A stretch of 63,524 nt of DNA, the filler included, from Olpidium bornovanus S191 (lineage: Eukaryota; Fungi; Olpidiomycota): the NCBI GenBank assembly GCA_017911155.1. It is 30 parts of 30 records of this genome, joined end to end, with 100 filler letters (N's around TTAATTAATTAA, not from the genome) between each part and the next. Parts side by side here need not be neighbours in the genome. Positions count along the whole stretch, not along the records: positions 61,816 to 63,524 come from JAEFCI010001175.1; 29 more parts are not named here. One strand, written 5' to 3'. Position 1 is the stretch's first letter. Each line of letters opens with the position of its first letter. Below, piece by piece: positions 62,926 through 63,524 of the stretch. A program made the translations under genes and the position numbers. The notes under the pieces are model-generated. The model made no database searches. It worked only from the letters and a program-made list of their open reading frames with translations, and had not been told where the DNA came from.

Positions 62926-63524
62926 CGCGTTAAGGCACTGCGTTTGGGGAACCATGCAGCGGCCGGACCATCACAACCAATTGAGCTGGCGGGAAACTGC
63001 CTGGCGTGAGCGATGCACGCCAAGTTTTACTTGGTTGGCCGCGAAGGTGGAAGCAGCAGTCGCCACCCCTAGATCGACGTTGCTCAGGCCACGCCGTCGT
63101 TCTCATCTGGACACTAAGTGTTTGCCGCGAATATCTTAGTCAACCACCTGAACCCAAAGTTTCTGGCTCATTATATCCCCAAAAAGGACCTTAACTGCCC
63201 GCTGGACAGTGCCAAAAGCTCAGTTTGACAATTGCGTGGTGGTGCTCCTCCCGCCGGCAAATGGCACGAGTGGCTGATATTGTGGACAATAAGTTTGGGG
63301 CGTTTTGCAGTGTGCGTGATGCAGAGTCCTACCAGATACATTATGATTTTCCATTCCTGAAAAGAGAAAGTTGCTGAAGGTGAGATAACGAAAAGATTTT
63401 GACTGTGCTATCGGTGGATATTTTGTCAGCCTTGCCTCTAATTCACCAGCAGGGGTAGCGGAGTAATCAGGAGCTGCCCGCCCGCGTGGGAAAGAACTTC
63501 GAGTCCCACCTAACGAACGCCATG

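Overview
This is not one continuous locus. It is 30 short eukaryotic contigs (about 1-4.7 kb) joined by 29 artificial 100-nt linkers (44 N + TTAATTAATTAA + 44 N), so adjacency across linkers has no biological meaning. The DNA is GC-rich, full of long homopolymer tracts, and intron-dense (GT-AG, donors GTACGT/GTGAGT/GTGCGT). The gene set points to an early-diverging, flagellated (zoosporic) fungus; the assembly style recalls the Olpidium draft genome, but I cannot verify that. Recognisable, mostly partial host genes: COG1, alkaline ceramidase, DUF676 lipase, ERG26/NSDHL, a triple-domain adenylate kinase, a PAQR/IZH receptor, ARF6, NAD-GDH (GDH2), condensin II subunit G2, SEC27, a sugar-phosphate/nucleotide-sugar transporter fused to a DUF5672-like domain, a complete secreted alpha-carbonic anhydrase, SKI2, RFC4, an AKAP14-like protein, PMC1, a UvrD/Srs2 helicase, a bHLH-ZIP factor and tRNA-Met(CAT). 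There are also remnants of copia, gypsy and LINE elements, a pogo-like MITE and several tandem arrays. No rRNA or CRISPR array was seen. The main leads are: (1) a virus/plasmid-type AEP primase + CHC2 zinc-finger gene whose introns are built from one 24-bp tandem repeat, with the branch point created by a deletion in one repeat unit; (2) the transporter-DUF5672 fusion; (3) a chromodomain followed in frame by an acidic (Asp-Val-Pro)n repeat that the ORF track misses; (4) retention of condensin II. All homology calls come from motif recognition by eye, not from database searches.
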